A stretch of 64,000 nucleotides of DNA from Verrucomicrobiota bacterium (GCA_036803685.1 DAIRTX010000001.1:6766-70765); one strand, 5' to 3'. Positions 36,581-45,989 are shown, counted from the stretch's first letter. Program-made: numbers and translations. Notes: generated from the letters alone by a model not told the origin.

Positions 36581-37645
36581 ATGAAAATTCTGGTCATTTC
36601 GCTCGCGGGTATCGGCGACACGCTGCTGGCCACGCCATTGATTCACGAACTGCGCGCGAATTTTCCCGACGCGACCATTGACGCGTTCGCGCTTTGGAAC
36701 GGCTCGAGGGGTTTGCTGGAAAACAATCCGCACCTGAACCGCGTCCATCAAAAAAACCTGATGCAATGCGGCAAGCTGGAGGCACTGCGGTTTCTCTGGA
36801 GTCTGCGGCGGGAGCATTACGACTTTTCCATCAACACGCATCCACAAAGCCGGATTCATTATCGTGTGACAGCGCGTATCGTCGGCGCAGCGACACGTAT
36901 CAGCCATGAATACGAATGTTTCGGCGCGCTCGACCGCTGGTTGGTGAACCGCACGTTGCCGCAGGATTACACCCGGCACTCGATTGAAAATAATTTCGCC
37001 GTGCTGCCGTTGCTCGGTGCGCAGATAAAACTGCCGGCGCATCAAATTGAAGTTTTTTTGACGGCGGACGAGGAACAATGGGCGGATGATTTTCTCGCCC
37101 GGCACAAACTCGCAGGACAAAAATTGCTCGGCGTTCACGCCGGTTCCGGCGGCACGAAAAATCTGCCGCTGAAGCGCTGGCCATTAAAAAACTACGCGGG
37201 GTTGGTCCGGCGATTGACCGGCGAGCGGTCTGACATTCGCATGCTTTTGTTTGGCGGACCGGAGGAGGTCAAAGACCATGAAGTGATTTTGGCGCAAGGC
37301 AATTTGGGGCGTGTGCTGCAAGCCAACACAAAAAATTTGCGGCAGACGGCGGCATTGATGAAACGTTGCAGCGCATTTTTGAGCGTGGATACGGCTTTGA
37401 TGCACTTGGCTGCCGCAATGAAAGTGCCGAAACAAATCGTCATCGAAGCGCCGACGCTGAACGTGACCAACTTTCCTTACGGTAATCCGTTCACACTCGT
37501 GAAAAATCCCGTCGTGAACGGGCGCGGACTGGATTACTACCGTTACGACGGTGGCGACATTAAAGGCACACGCGAAGAATTGTTGGCGTGCATGGCATCG
37601 GTGACGGTTGAAAGTGTTTTCGACACGATCAACAAACTGATTTAA
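36581..37645 (+). CDS. Glycosyltransferase family 9 (ADP-heptose:LPS heptosyltransferase-like)
   Basis: MKILVISLAGIGDTLLATPLIHELR and GVHAGSGG....KRWP...Y..L are typical of GT9. I prefer the start at 36581; the listed upstream ATG (36548) lies inside the repeat element. Confidence 0.9.
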   Translation: MKILVISLAGIGDTLLATPLIHELRANFPDATIDAFALWNGSRGLLENNPHLNRVHQKNLMQCGKLEALRFLWSLRREHYDFSINTHPQSRIHYRVTARIVGAATRISHEYECFGALDRWLVNRTLPQDYTRHSIENNFAVLPLLGAQIKLPAHQIEVFLTADEEQWADDFLARHKLAGQKLLGVHAGSGGTKNLPLKRWPLKNYAGLVRRLTGERSDIRMLLFGGPEEVKDHEVILAQGNLGRVLQANTKNLRQTAALMKRCSAFLSVDTALMHLAAAMKVPKQIVIEAPTLNVTNFPYGNPFTLVKNPVVNGRGLDYYRYDGGDIKGTREELLACMASVTVESVFDTINKLI

Positions 37646-37655
37646 GCTGTGCGGA

Positions 37656-38375
37656 TTACAAAGAAAAGCCTGCCGCCTTCGCGTCAGCGGCGAACATCTT
37701 CACGGTATCCAGCGACAATTCTTTCAAGTCCATTCCGGTCATCTTCATCGCCTTGGCCAGAATGTCGTGCGGCACGGTCACGATGGCGCAGCCGCAATCG
37801 TCCGCCTGAAAAATGTTCAGCACTTCACGGACACTCGCCCAGAGCAATTCCGCCTGGGGCAGACCGGCCAGGAGTTTTTTGCCCTCACACATCTGCGACA
37901 TCGGGTCAACGCCGGTGTCCGCAATGCGACCGGCGAACACGGACACGACCGCCGGTACTTTGGAATTCAGCGTCTTGGCAACACCGGCGACCTGCTCCAG
38001 GGTAAGAATCGCAGTGACGTTGAGCTTCACGCCTTCAAGTGCCAGTTCGCGGACGAGCGGCAGTGAAGATTCGTCGCGCGTGTTGGTGATGGGAATTTTG
38101 ACATAGACGTTTTTCGCCCAGTCCTTGATTTTCAGTGCCTGCCGCCGCATTTCTGGAAATTCATCGGAAAACACTTCGAGCGAAATCGGTTTCTCCGTGA
38201 TGTGCTGCAAAATGTCGCGCGCGAACGCTTCAAAATCGGTGAGCCCGGCCTTGCGCATGAGCGTGGGGTTGGTGGTCATGCCTTTGATGAGCGGATTTGC
38301 GTTCAGTTGCAACATTCCCGCTTTGTCCGCACCGTCGGCGAAAATTTTTACTTTGAGGCTGGCCAGATTTTTCAT
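37656..38375 (-). CDS. Transaldolase-family protein (short type, fructose-6-phosphate aldolase-like)
   Basis: KIFADGAD...MTTNPTLM plus the Schiff-base lysine context NVYVKIPIT. Start chosen at MKNLASLKVKIFADG; the 17-codon extension is Arg-rich and unsupported. Confidence 0.85.
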   Translation of the reverse strand: MKNLASLKVKIFADGADKAGMLQLNANPLIKGMTTNPTLMRKAGLTDFEAFARDILQHITEKPISLEVFSDEFPEMRRQALKIKDWAKNVYVKIPITNTRDESSLPLVRELALEGVKLNVTAILTLEQVAGVAKTLNSKVPAVVSVFAGRIADTGVDPMSQMCEGKKLLAGLPQAELLWASVREVLNIFQADDCGCAIVTVPHDILAKAMKMTGMDLKELSLDTVKMFAADAKAAGFSL

Positions 38376-38434
38376 GCGTCGTGTTTTTGTTGCCGTGCGC
38401 AACGGAAGATAAGGCCGCCGCGCCAATGTTCAAC

Positions 38435-38986
38435 TCATTTTCCGCCGGCCAGAATAATTTCCGCTGCTTCCAACAAATTCTTTGCGCGGAAATCGGGCTG
38501 TTGTTTCAACGCTTCCGTGTAACCACGATCAATGAAAATCGTCCGGCAGCCGGCGGCATGGCCGCAATCAATGTCCCGCCAGCGATCGCCCACCATCCAG
38601 CTTTGGGCGAGGTCAATGCTGAGTTCGCGCGCGGCGCGCAGCAACATCCCCGGCTTTGGCTTGCGGCAGTCGCAGTCGGACGTGCCCTGGCCGGGATGGT
38701 AACAAACTTCGACGCGGTCAATCGGCAACTGGCGGCACATTCCGGCATGGATGGCTTCGACGATTTCTTTTTGGAGCGTGCCACGCCCCACGTCCGGCTG
38801 GTTGGTCACCACGACAAGCAAAAACCCGGCCTGCTTGAGTTTCGCACACGCAACAGGAACATCGGGAAGAATTTCAAATTCACCCATGCTGGTCGGCGGA
38901 TATGGCAATCCGGCATGCTCTAAAGCACGATTGATGACACCGTCACGGTCGAGAAAAACAGCTTTTTGCAACTGGACGTTCGACAT
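38435..38986 (-). CDS. gmhB: D-glycero-D-manno-heptose 1,7-bisphosphate phosphatase (HAD-IIIA)
   Basis: VFLDRDGVIN, VVVTNQPDV, the Zn-site pattern C.H......C.CRKPKPGML, and MVGDRWRDIDCGHAAG. Confidence 0.9.
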   Translation of the reverse strand: MSNVQLQKAVFLDRDGVINRALEHAGLPYPPTSMGEFEILPDVPVACAKLKQAGFLLVVVTNQPDVGRGTLQKEIVEAIHAGMCRQLPIDRVEVCYHPGQGTSDCDCRKPKPGMLLRAARELSIDLAQSWMVGDRWRDIDCGHAAGCRTIFIDRGYTEALKQQPDFRAKNLLEAAEIILAGGK

Positions 38987-38988
38987 GA

Positions 38989-39372
38989 CTACTCCTTGTT
39001 CCGTATGGCGCTTAATTTTTTCTCTGGTGGAATCAAGCGATGCTTCCTTTCCATCGGTAAAATTCGTTCAACTATTTCATACCAAACTTCATCAGCTTCG
39101 CATCCCGGGTCTAGGCAAAGTAATTCCAAGACACCGACAAATTCAAAACAGAATGGATTTCCGTCTGTATTTTTATACTTGTATTGGGCGGCATACCCCT
39201 TCCTCTTAGCTTCACGCAAAGCAGCTTTGCCGTCGGTTGCGGTAAGCGAAACAATCCGCTCCTCACACAATCTGCGTTTTCCTGAATCGCCTTCAACCAC
39301 GACACGAAATTGAAAGAGCAATTTTGCTGCAAATCGCTTCTCGGAAGTTTTGGTCAACGGGTGCTTTCCCAT
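38989..39372 (-). CDS. DUF4288 domain protein
   Basis: 127 aa. FAAKLLFQFRV...EERIVSLTA.DGKAALREAKRKGYAAQYKYKNTDGNPFCFEFVGVLEL matches my memory of DUF4288. The listed 228-aa ORF is an unsupported extension running antisense through gmhA. 19-nt overlap with the gmhA end. Confidence 0.6.
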   Translation of the reverse strand: MGKHPLTKTSEKRFAAKLLFQFRVVVEGDSGKRRLCEERIVSLTATDGKAALREAKRKGYAAQYKYKNTDGNPFCFEFVGVLELLCLDPGCEADEVWYEIVERILPMERKHRLIPPEKKLSAIRNKE

Positions 39373-39950
39373 TTTGTTTGGGCGACTTTGAGTTTGGGAT
39401 GCGACACGAACAAATGCCAGATCACCGCCTGAAACGCTTCGCTGTGCGGCGTGACGTGAGCCGGATTGACCGTCGGCACGATGACGCACGCCGTCGCTTC
39501 CTTCGCGGTGTAACCGCCGTCGCGTCCAACGACGCCGACAACCGAGGCGCCAACCTGCCTGGCGAGTTGAATGGCGCTGACCAGGTTGGGACTGACGTTT
39601 TTCTCCAGATTGCCGCCGCCGACGGAAAAAATGAGCAGGCCGTCCTTCGCGTTCAGCCGGCTGCCTTTGAGCCACTCGGCGAAAATCGTGGCCCAGCCTT
39701 CGTCGTTGGTGCGGGCAGTCAGTTCAGAAACGTTGTCGGTGGGCGCATAAGCCTCGAATCCGCAGATTTTGCGGAAGTCGTTGACGGCGTGGCTGGCGTT
39801 GGCCGCGCTGCCGCCGACGCCGAGGATGAACAGCCGTCCGCCGCGCTCGCGCACGCGCGCCAGTTCGGCCACGGATTTTTCGATGGCGTCCGGGTTGAGT
39901 TCGGAGACAAGTTTTTGGACTTCGTCGAGGAATTGTTTGGTAAAGCTCAT
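39354..39950 (-). CDS. gmhA: Phosphoheptose (sedoheptulose-7-phosphate) isomerase, SIS domain
   Basis: GGRLFILGVGGSAANASHAVNDFRK and LLIFSVGGGN are the SIS/GmhA pattern. Confidence 0.88.
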   Translation of the reverse strand: MSFTKQFLDEVQKLVSELNPDAIEKSVAELARVRERGGRLFILGVGGSAANASHAVNDFRKICGFEAYAPTDNVSELTARTNDEGWATIFAEWLKGSRLNAKDGLLIFSVGGGNLEKNVSPNLVSAIQLARQVGASVVGVVGRDGGYTAKEATACVIVPTVNPAHVTPHSEAFQAVIWHLFVSHPKLKVAQTKWESTR

Positions 39951-40082
39951 GGTTTGTTGTCAGAAAAATGAGGCACGGACGCTCAAAAAAAAAGCCCTAA
40001 TTTCCAAATCCTAATGACGAAACAAGCCCGAAGCCCGAATGATTTGGATCTGGGACATTGATCATTATTTCGAAATCAGGAT

Positions 40083-40790
40083 TTAGGGGCTTAGGATTTT
40101 TTCCAATTCAGCCAACCCGGCGGGCGAGCCCATCTCGTAAAATCTTTCCCGAACTTCAAAGCCGGCCAATTGCTTTTGACGGACGAGCTTGCTCATGACT
40201 TCGGCCAGGTCGAACGGCTCGTCGGCGGAATATGAATTAAACACTGCCGCTTTGAACAGGCTCAGGCCGTAATCAATGTGCCGCATTTCCGGCGGGCGGT
40301 TCTTTTTGTCATAAACCGCGATTTCACCGTCGCGAAAAACGACGTTGCTGGTGTCGTAACGCCCCTCGTTGCGATAGGCGGTCATGCAGCCGAGCTTGCC
40401 GCTATGCCGGAAAAATTCCGCGATGGGACGGTATTCAACCGGCAAATACGAATCCCCGTAGAGCACAAAAAACTCATCGCCGAGCAGCGGCAGCGCGCGT
40501 TTGATTGCGCCACCCGTGCCAAGCGGTTTCGGGCCATCGAATGAATAATCCAGCCGGATGCCATAGGTCGAGCCGTTGCCGAACTCGCGTTGAATCATTT
40601 CGCCGAGATAACCGATGCACAGCACTGCGCGGCGGATGCCGCGGGACTGAAGCAAATCGAGCTGGTGCGCCAGAAACGGTTTGCCCGCGACGGGCACGAG
40701 CGATTTGGGAATTTTTTCCGTGATGGGCCGCAATCGTGTGGCGAGTCCGCCCGCAAGAATGGCGACGGGAATGTCGAGCGGCGCGCTCAC
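40083..40790 (-). CDS. hddC: Sugar-1-phosphate nucleotidyltransferase (HddC-like D-glycero-alpha-D-manno-heptose 1-phosphate guanylyltransferase)
   Basis: AILAGGLATRLRPITEKIPKSLVPVAGKPFL, LGTGGAIK, VLYGDSY. GTGA overlap with the upstream GHMP kinase. The nucleotide specificity is inferred from context only. Confidence 0.8.
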   Translation of the reverse strand: MSAPLDIPVAILAGGLATRLRPITEKIPKSLVPVAGKPFLAHQLDLLQSRGIRRAVLCIGYLGEMIQREFGNGSTYGIRLDYSFDGPKPLGTGGAIKRALPLLGDEFFVLYGDSYLPVEYRPIAEFFRHSGKLGCMTAYRNEGRYDTSNVVFRDGEIAVYDKKNRPPEMRHIDYGLSLFKAAVFNSYSADEPFDLAEVMSKLVRQKQLAGFEVRERFYEMGSPAGLAELEKILSP

Positions 40791-41767
40791 GAGATGACCA
40801 GTTTCGTGCCTTCGAAATCAAAACGAAAGCGGACTTCCTTGAGCCCGGCCTGCCGCATGGCGTGGCGGAGCCTGGCCTTGTCGTCGGCATAAAACATCAG
40901 AAAGCCGCCGCCGCCCGCACCGATGAGTTTGCCGCCGAGCGCGCCGCTGGCCATCGCGAGGTCATACCACTCGTTAATCTTCGGATTGCTCATCCCACCG
41001 CTGCGCTGTTTTTTGCGTTGCCAATGCACATCCATGAGCCGCGCAAACTCGCGCAAATCCCCGGCTTCCAACGCACGCTGGCTTTGCAGGCCGAGGTCTT
41101 TGATGAAGTGCAGATTTTCAATCATCCCCGCGTCGGCTTGTTTCGATTTCTGGTCCTGCTCTTTCAGAATCGCCGACGCCGAACGCGAATAACCGGTGAA
41201 AAAGAGGAGCAAATTGTCTTCGAGATTGTCGCGCGTTTCATCGGCAAGCTTCAGTGGCCACGCTTCAACTTTGCCATCGGGAAGAAATTTGAAACAAGTG
41301 ATGCCGCCGTAAGCCGCGATGTATTGATCCTGTTTGCCGATGGGTTCCTTGAGGCGCCCCAGTTCGATTTCGCACGCCTGCGCGGCGAGTTCGGCGGGAT
41401 GCACCAGGTCTTTTTTGTGGGCGTGCAGCGCCTTGAGCAGTGCGATGGTGAAACTGCCGGACGAACCGAGTCCCGTGCCGGCGGGAATGTCGGCCATCGA
41501 GGCCAGTTCCAGTCCGCGCCCGTCCAAGCCAAGCAGGGCAAAAGCTTCACGGAGGATCGGGTGCTTCAATTGCGCCGCGTCCGGCACACGCTCCAGTTCG
41601 GAATATTTGACGATGAGGTCGGGTACGAATGTTTCATGCACGGTGATGTAAACATATTTATCAATTGCCGCGGCGATGAGGAAGCCGCCGAACTTTTCGT
41701 AATACGACGGCAAATCCGTCCCGCCGCCGCCGAGCGTGACACGAAGTGGAGAACGCGCGATGATCAT
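40787..41767 (-). CDS. hddA: GHMP-family sugar kinase (HddA-like D-glycero-alpha-D-manno-heptose 7-phosphate kinase)
   Basis: IIARSPLRVTLGGGGTDLPSYY and the GHMP motif PAGTGLGSSGSF. ATGA overlap with the upstream gene. Confidence 0.85.
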   Translation of the reverse strand: MIIARSPLRVTLGGGGTDLPSYYEKFGGFLIAAAIDKYVYITVHETFVPDLIVKYSELERVPDAAQLKHPILREAFALLGLDGRGLELASMADIPAGTGLGSSGSFTIALLKALHAHKKDLVHPAELAAQACEIELGRLKEPIGKQDQYIAAYGGITCFKFLPDGKVEAWPLKLADETRDNLEDNLLLFFTGYSRSASAILKEQDQKSKQADAGMIENLHFIKDLGLQSQRALEAGDLREFARLMDVHWQRKKQRSGGMSNPKINEWYDLAMASGALGGKLIGAGGGGFLMFYADDKARLRHAMRQAGLKEVRFRFDFEGTKLVIS

Positions 41768-42753
41768 AAATCCGACATTCCGCTTTTCTTATAAATTTCT
41801 TCGACAATTTGGAGTGCCGCGCGCGCTTCCGCAAGACCGGCGTCCGGCTTGCGTTGTTGACGGATATCCTCTTCGAATTCGGTCATCTCGATTCGCCATG
41901 ACTCGTCCGGGCCTGGAAATTCATACAACTTCGTATCTGGAGGTCCCATTTCCGGCTTCATCTGGTAATGATAAAGCTTCTCGACACCGTAACTGCCGCC
42001 AAGACCCTCGATGTGCAGCTTGGTGTTACGCCCGTAAATCTCGAATGAGAAAAGATTCTTCCACTCGGTGCAACTGACGTGCAGCCACGCCGTCCGGCCT
42101 TTGGCCGTCTGCAAATTCAAAAAAGCATTGTCGTCCACCGGCATGTTCCAGAAATACGTCGTCGCCTGACCCTCCACTTTTGTGAAAGAACCAAGAAACC
42201 AGCCCGCCAGATCAATCAAATGGATTCCCTGGTCAATCAATTCGCCGCCCCCGGAAAGCTTCGGGTCAGCGCGCCATTCCTTGTCGTAACCCACACGCCC
42301 GCCATGGCCGTAACGCGCGCGAATAAACATCAATTCGCCCATCACGCCGGACGCAAAAATCTCGCGTGCCTTGATGAACGCCGGATGATAACGATGATTG
42401 AACCCGACACGGACGCAAACGCCGCGCTTCTCCGCGAGTGAAATCAATTCGTCAATTTGCTTCACGGAAATGCCCGCCGGTTTTTCAACGATGACGTGTT
42501 TGCCCGCGCGGATGGCGGCGGCGGCAACCCCGGCAAGCACGGAATTGATGGTCGCCACGATCACCGCGTCCACCTGCGGATCGGCGACGGCTTGTTTGAA
42601 ATCGGCGACGGCGCGGCCGGTTTTGGCGAGCTTCACCAATTCTTCGGCGCGCGCCAGATTCGTATCACATGCCACGGCGAGTTTGAAACCGGCGGGCAAA
42701 CCGGCCAGCCGCTTTTTCCCAATCAATCCGCATCCAATGATGGCGTAATTCAT
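41764..42753 (-). CDS. Gfo/Idh/MocA-family NAD(P)-dependent sugar oxidoreductase
   Basis: MNYAIIGCGLIGKKR Rossmann N-terminus and the EKP motif (HVIVEKPAG). Typical length of 329 aa. Confidence 0.88.
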   Translation of the reverse strand: MNYAIIGCGLIGKKRLAGLPAGFKLAVACDTNLARAEELVKLAKTGRAVADFKQAVADPQVDAVIVATINSVLAGVAAAAIRAGKHVIVEKPAGISVKQIDELISLAEKRGVCVRVGFNHRYHPAFIKAREIFASGVMGELMFIRARYGHGGRVGYDKEWRADPKLSGGGELIDQGIHLIDLAGWFLGSFTKVEGQATTYFWNMPVDDNAFLNLQTAKGRTAWLHVSCTEWKNLFSFEIYGRNTKLHIEGLGGSYGVEKLYHYQMKPEMGPPDTKLYEFPGPDESWRIEMTEFEEDIRQQRKPDAGLAEARAALQIVEEIYKKSGMSDL

Positions 42754-42886
42754 TCAAATTCCTTTTATGGACTGCGGTGGCAGAGCGCAGCGACGACACC
42801 GCTTTGGGGGCGCCGTGAAGAACCATGAAAGCGGCGTGGCGCTTCGCTTCCCGCCGCACTCCAAAAGGTGCGCTTCATTTTGGGGT

Positions 42887-43750
42887 TCATCTATCCCCCC
42901 ACGTTTTGCCGCGGTCCTTCGGCACGATGCGGCGCAGCGTGTAAATGTCGCTGTTCAAGTCATCCTTGAGTTCGTGGAGTTTTTCCCACGGATCCCACTG
43001 GGCGCTGATGAGCTTGCCAGTAATACCATCGCTTTGCGCACTGGCGAGATAGACCGCGAGGTTCGCGCCAAGTTCAAGCGGCGTGGCGCCTTTATCTTTC
43101 CATTGCTTGTTCTTCTCGTAGAACGCCGCGCCGACTTTTTCCGGACCGGCGGCCAGAACTTCGTCCACCAGCCGCGTCGCCAAAGCTCCGGGTGCAATTG
43201 CGTTCACGTCCACGCAAAACGTTTTCAATTCCTCCGCCAACGTTTCCATAAGGCGGATCACCGCGGCCTTCGATGCGGCGTAAGCACTGATGTTCGGCAA
43301 TGGATTCGTCGCACCACCGCCGGAAAGAATGACAATTTTGCCATGACCGCTTTTTTTGAAATGCGGAATGACCGCGCGGCACGGGAGCAACACACCGTAA
43401 AGATTGATGTCCATCGCGCGACGCCATTCTTCGAGCGAAACGGATTCCGTCGCGCCCATCGGGCCGTAAATACCAGCGTTCAATACCAGCGCGTGAAGCG
43501 GTCCGAGTTCATGCAACGCGAACGCGACGAGTTCGTTCACTTGGGTTTCGCTGGAAACGTCGCAAATCTTTGCCGGGACTTTTTGCGAAGGAAATTGTTT
43601 TGCCAGTTCGTCGCGCGTGGCGAGCAACTCCTTTTCCCCGCGCGCACAAAGGACGACGTTCGCGCCTTCGACCAGGAAATGCCCGGCGATGGCTTTGCCG
43701 AGTCCCTGGCTGCCGCCGGTGATGAGCGCATTGATACCTTTAAGTTTCAT
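42887..43750 (-). CDS. Short-chain dehydrogenase/reductase (SDR)
   Basis: ALITGGSQGLGKAIA, NAG, and the YAASKAA catalytic motif. Start chosen at MKLKGINALITGG (43750), 2 nt after the upstream stop. Confidence 0.88.
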   Translation of the reverse strand: MKLKGINALITGGSQGLGKAIAGHFLVEGANVVLCARGEKELLATRDELAKQFPSQKVPAKICDVSSETQVNELVAFALHELGPLHALVLNAGIYGPMGATESVSLEEWRRAMDINLYGVLLPCRAVIPHFKKSGHGKIVILSGGGATNPLPNISAYAASKAAVIRLMETLAEELKTFCVDVNAIAPGALATRLVDEVLAAGPEKVGAAFYEKNKQWKDKGATPLELGANLAVYLASAQSDGITGKLISAQWDPWEKLHELKDDLNSDIYTLRRIVPKDRGKTWGDR

Positions 43751-43752
43751 AT

Positions 43753-45021
43753 TCAAACGCGACCAACGGAAAAATGTTCGACGGCGGGCAGGTTTTTCAA
43801 TTCCTTTTCCAAAAAACGGTTGGCGTCCACAAAAATGCGCTGGCGCATGGCCGGGGCAATTTTCGCCCAATCCGCCCCACGAAATTCAGGCCACTCGGTG
43901 CAAACCACAGCGGCGTCCGCGCCGTTCAGCGCCCCGGTTATTTGGGAAGCGAGCCGCACCCCGGCGAGTTCGGCGGGCAATTGTTTCACCGCCGGGTCAA
44001 AGGCGTGAACGCCCGCGCCCTCCGCCAGAAGATTCCGGCACAATTCCACCGCCGCGCTGCGGCGGAGTGTGTCAGTGTTGGTGGTGTAAGTCAGGCCGAG
44101 CACGGCGATTTTCTTTCCGCGCAAATCGCCGAGACGCGATTGCAATCGCCGCAACGCCCAACCACGATGCAGATCGTTGCTCTGCGTGATGGCCGAAATG
44201 ACGGAAATTTTTTCATTTTTCGCGGCCGCCAGTTTGGTCAGCATAACAACGTCACGCGCGAGCGTGCCGCCGGCAAACGGACCACCGGGACCGAGATAAG
44301 CCTTTGGCCCGATGCGCGGTTCACTTTTCAAACCGGCGGAAACCTCCTTGGCGTCCGCGCCGACGTGTTCGCCCAATCGTGCAATCTCGTTGATGAACGT
44401 GATGGAAAGCGCGAGAAATGAATTAAGAGCGTGCTTCACCATCTCGGCCGACTCGGTGCGCATGAATAAAATTTGCGGAGTGAACGGTGTGAACAGTTTT
44501 TCGAGCAGTGCTTTTTTCGCGTCGTCACGGATGCCGACGATAACGCGCCCGGCTTTTTCAAACGCGTCAATCGCCCTGCCCAGCCGCAGATTTTCGGGTG
44601 AGCAGGCGAAATGAAATTGCGGAAATTCGGCTTCCAGCCGGCGGCAGGTGCCGACGGGCAGTTGGGCGGAAATCAATACCAGCGCGCCTTTGGGCAGCTG
44701 CGGCAGCGCGCGGCGGAGATTGGCGAGAACGAAGTCCACATCCGATTCGTCGTTTTCATTGACCGGCGTGTCGTAGCAAAGCCAGAGCACGTCGGCGCGG
44801 GCGCACGCGATTTTGGGATCGGTGGTGAACGAAAGTTTCTTTGCGGCAAGACCGGCAGTGATGAGTTCATTCAGCCCCGGCTCGAAAAGCGGAGCCTGGC
44901 CGGAATCAAGTTTGGCGATGTTCGCCTCGTCGAAGTCGAGTCCGACAACCTGGAAATGCCGCGCGCCGCACGCAGCGGTGACGCAGCCGAGATGCCAGAG
45001 GCCGAGGACGGTGACATTCAT
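43753..45021 (-). CDS. UDP-glucose/GDP-mannose dehydrogenase-family protein lacking the catalytic cysteine
   Basis: N-terminal VTVLGLWHLGCVTAA Rossmann fold; central EPRIGPKAYLGPGGPFAGGTLARDV; C-terminal UDP-binding domain (KIAVLGLTYTTNTDTLRRSAA). Start at 45021 forms an ATGA overlap with the epimerase stop. Confidence 0.85.
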   Translation of the reverse strand: MNVTVLGLWHLGCVTAACGARHFQVVGLDFDEANIAKLDSGQAPLFEPGLNELITAGLAAKKLSFTTDPKIACARADVLWLCYDTPVNENDESDVDFVLANLRRALPQLPKGALVLISAQLPVGTCRRLEAEFPQFHFACSPENLRLGRAIDAFEKAGRVIVGIRDDAKKALLEKLFTPFTPQILFMRTESAEMVKHALNSFLALSITFINEIARLGEHVGADAKEVSAGLKSEPRIGPKAYLGPGGPFAGGTLARDVVMLTKLAAAKNEKISVISAITQSNDLHRGWALRRLQSRLGDLRGKKIAVLGLTYTTNTDTLRRSAAVELCRNLLAEGAGVHAFDPAVKQLPAELAGVRLASQITGALNGADAAVVCTEWPEFRGADWAKIAPAMRQRIFVDANRFLEKELKNLPAVEHFSVGRV

Positions 45022-45989
45022 CGGCGTTGGAGCACCCATTGGTTCTGCTGGAGCCATTGGAGCGTGCGGATGACGGATTGCTCAATGGTGAGTGTGGTTT
45101 TCCAGCCGGTGGCGCAGATTTTTTTGGTGTCGAGAAAAATAAACGGGTTGTCGCCGACCCAACCTTTATTGCCGCCGGAGTATTCCAATTTTGGCTTGAG
45201 GCCGAGCGCGCGACAAATGAAACGAATGGAGTCGTTAACCTGAACGTATTCGTCCGTGCCGAGGTTGTAGGTTTCGACACCATGTTTGGCTTGTTTGGCC
45301 GTGGCGCGAGTTACGACGTGCAGCATCGCGTCCAGGCAGTCCCCGATGTAGAGATAGGATTTCCGCTGCGTGCCATCACCCAAAACTTTCAAGTGGCCGG
45401 AATGAGCAAGCAGTTGTTTGTAAAAATCCAACACGTGACCGTGCGTGTAGCGTTCGCCGAGAATCGAGACAAACCGGAAAATGTAACCTTCAAATCCGTA
45501 GCCCTCGCAATAAGCGTGAATGAATCCTTCGCCGGCGACTTTGGACGCGGCATAAAGGGAGGTCTGGATCGGGAACGGATGATTTTCCGGCGTCGGGATA
45601 ATCTCCGCCTCGCCATAGACGCTGCCGGTGGAGCTGAAGGCGATGCCTTTGATGCCGTTGGCGCGCATGGCTTCCAGCACGTTGAAAGTAGCAACGGTGT
45701 TTTGTTGCAAATCCTTGTGCGGGTGGTCGAGGCCGAAACGGACGTCTGCATTCGCCGCCAGATGAAAAACGAAATCGCATCCCGCCATCGCGCGGATCAA
45801 CGCGGACAAATCCAGACAATCGCCTTCGATGAGTTTGAATTTGGGATTGGTTGACGCCGATTCCAGAAATTCACGCTGGCCGGTGGAGAAATTGTCCCAG
45901 CCGACGACGTGTTTCCCGCCGGCAAGCAGCCGGTCAACGAGATTGCTGCCGATAAAACCGGCGGCCCCGGTGACAAAAACTTTTTCCAT
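45018..45989 (-). CDS. NAD-dependent nucleotide-sugar epimerase/dehydratase
   Basis: VFVTGAAGFIGSNLVDRLL, SSTGSVYG, and YAASKVAGE (YxxxK). Confidence 0.9.
   Translation of the reverse strand: MEKVFVTGAAGFIGSNLVDRLLAGGKHVVGWDNFSTGQREFLESASTNPKFKLIEGDCLDLSALIRAMAGCDFVFHLAANADVRFGLDHPHKDLQQNTVATFNVLEAMRANGIKGIAFSSTGSVYGEAEIIPTPENHPFPIQTSLYAASKVAGEGFIHAYCEGYGFEGYIFRFVSILGERYTHGHVLDFYKQLLAHSGHLKVLGDGTQRKSYLYIGDCLDAMLHVVTRATAKQAKHGVETYNLGTDEYVQVNDSIRFICRALGLKPKLEYSGGNKGWVGDNPFIFLDTKKICATGWKTTLTIEQSVIRTLQWLQQNQWVLQRR

Noticed and set aside
38989-39675. Listed 228-aa ORF extending the DUF4288 gene upstream through gmhA.
   Set aside because: The first ~100 residues are Arg-rich nonsense antisense to the well-supported SIS-domain gene. 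Only the last 127 codons (from ATG 39372) resemble a real family.
42765-42880. Structured 133-bp spacer between the SDR and Gfo/Idh/MocA genes (hairpin CACCGCTTT...AAAGCGGCG at 42797-42838) and the imperfect inverted repeat between gmhA and the nucleotidyltransferase gene (about 40009-40090), as further repeat-family members.
   Set aside because: The stems are short or imperfect, and I could not match them convincingly to the other element families by eye. I kept them only as a note for a computational repeat search.
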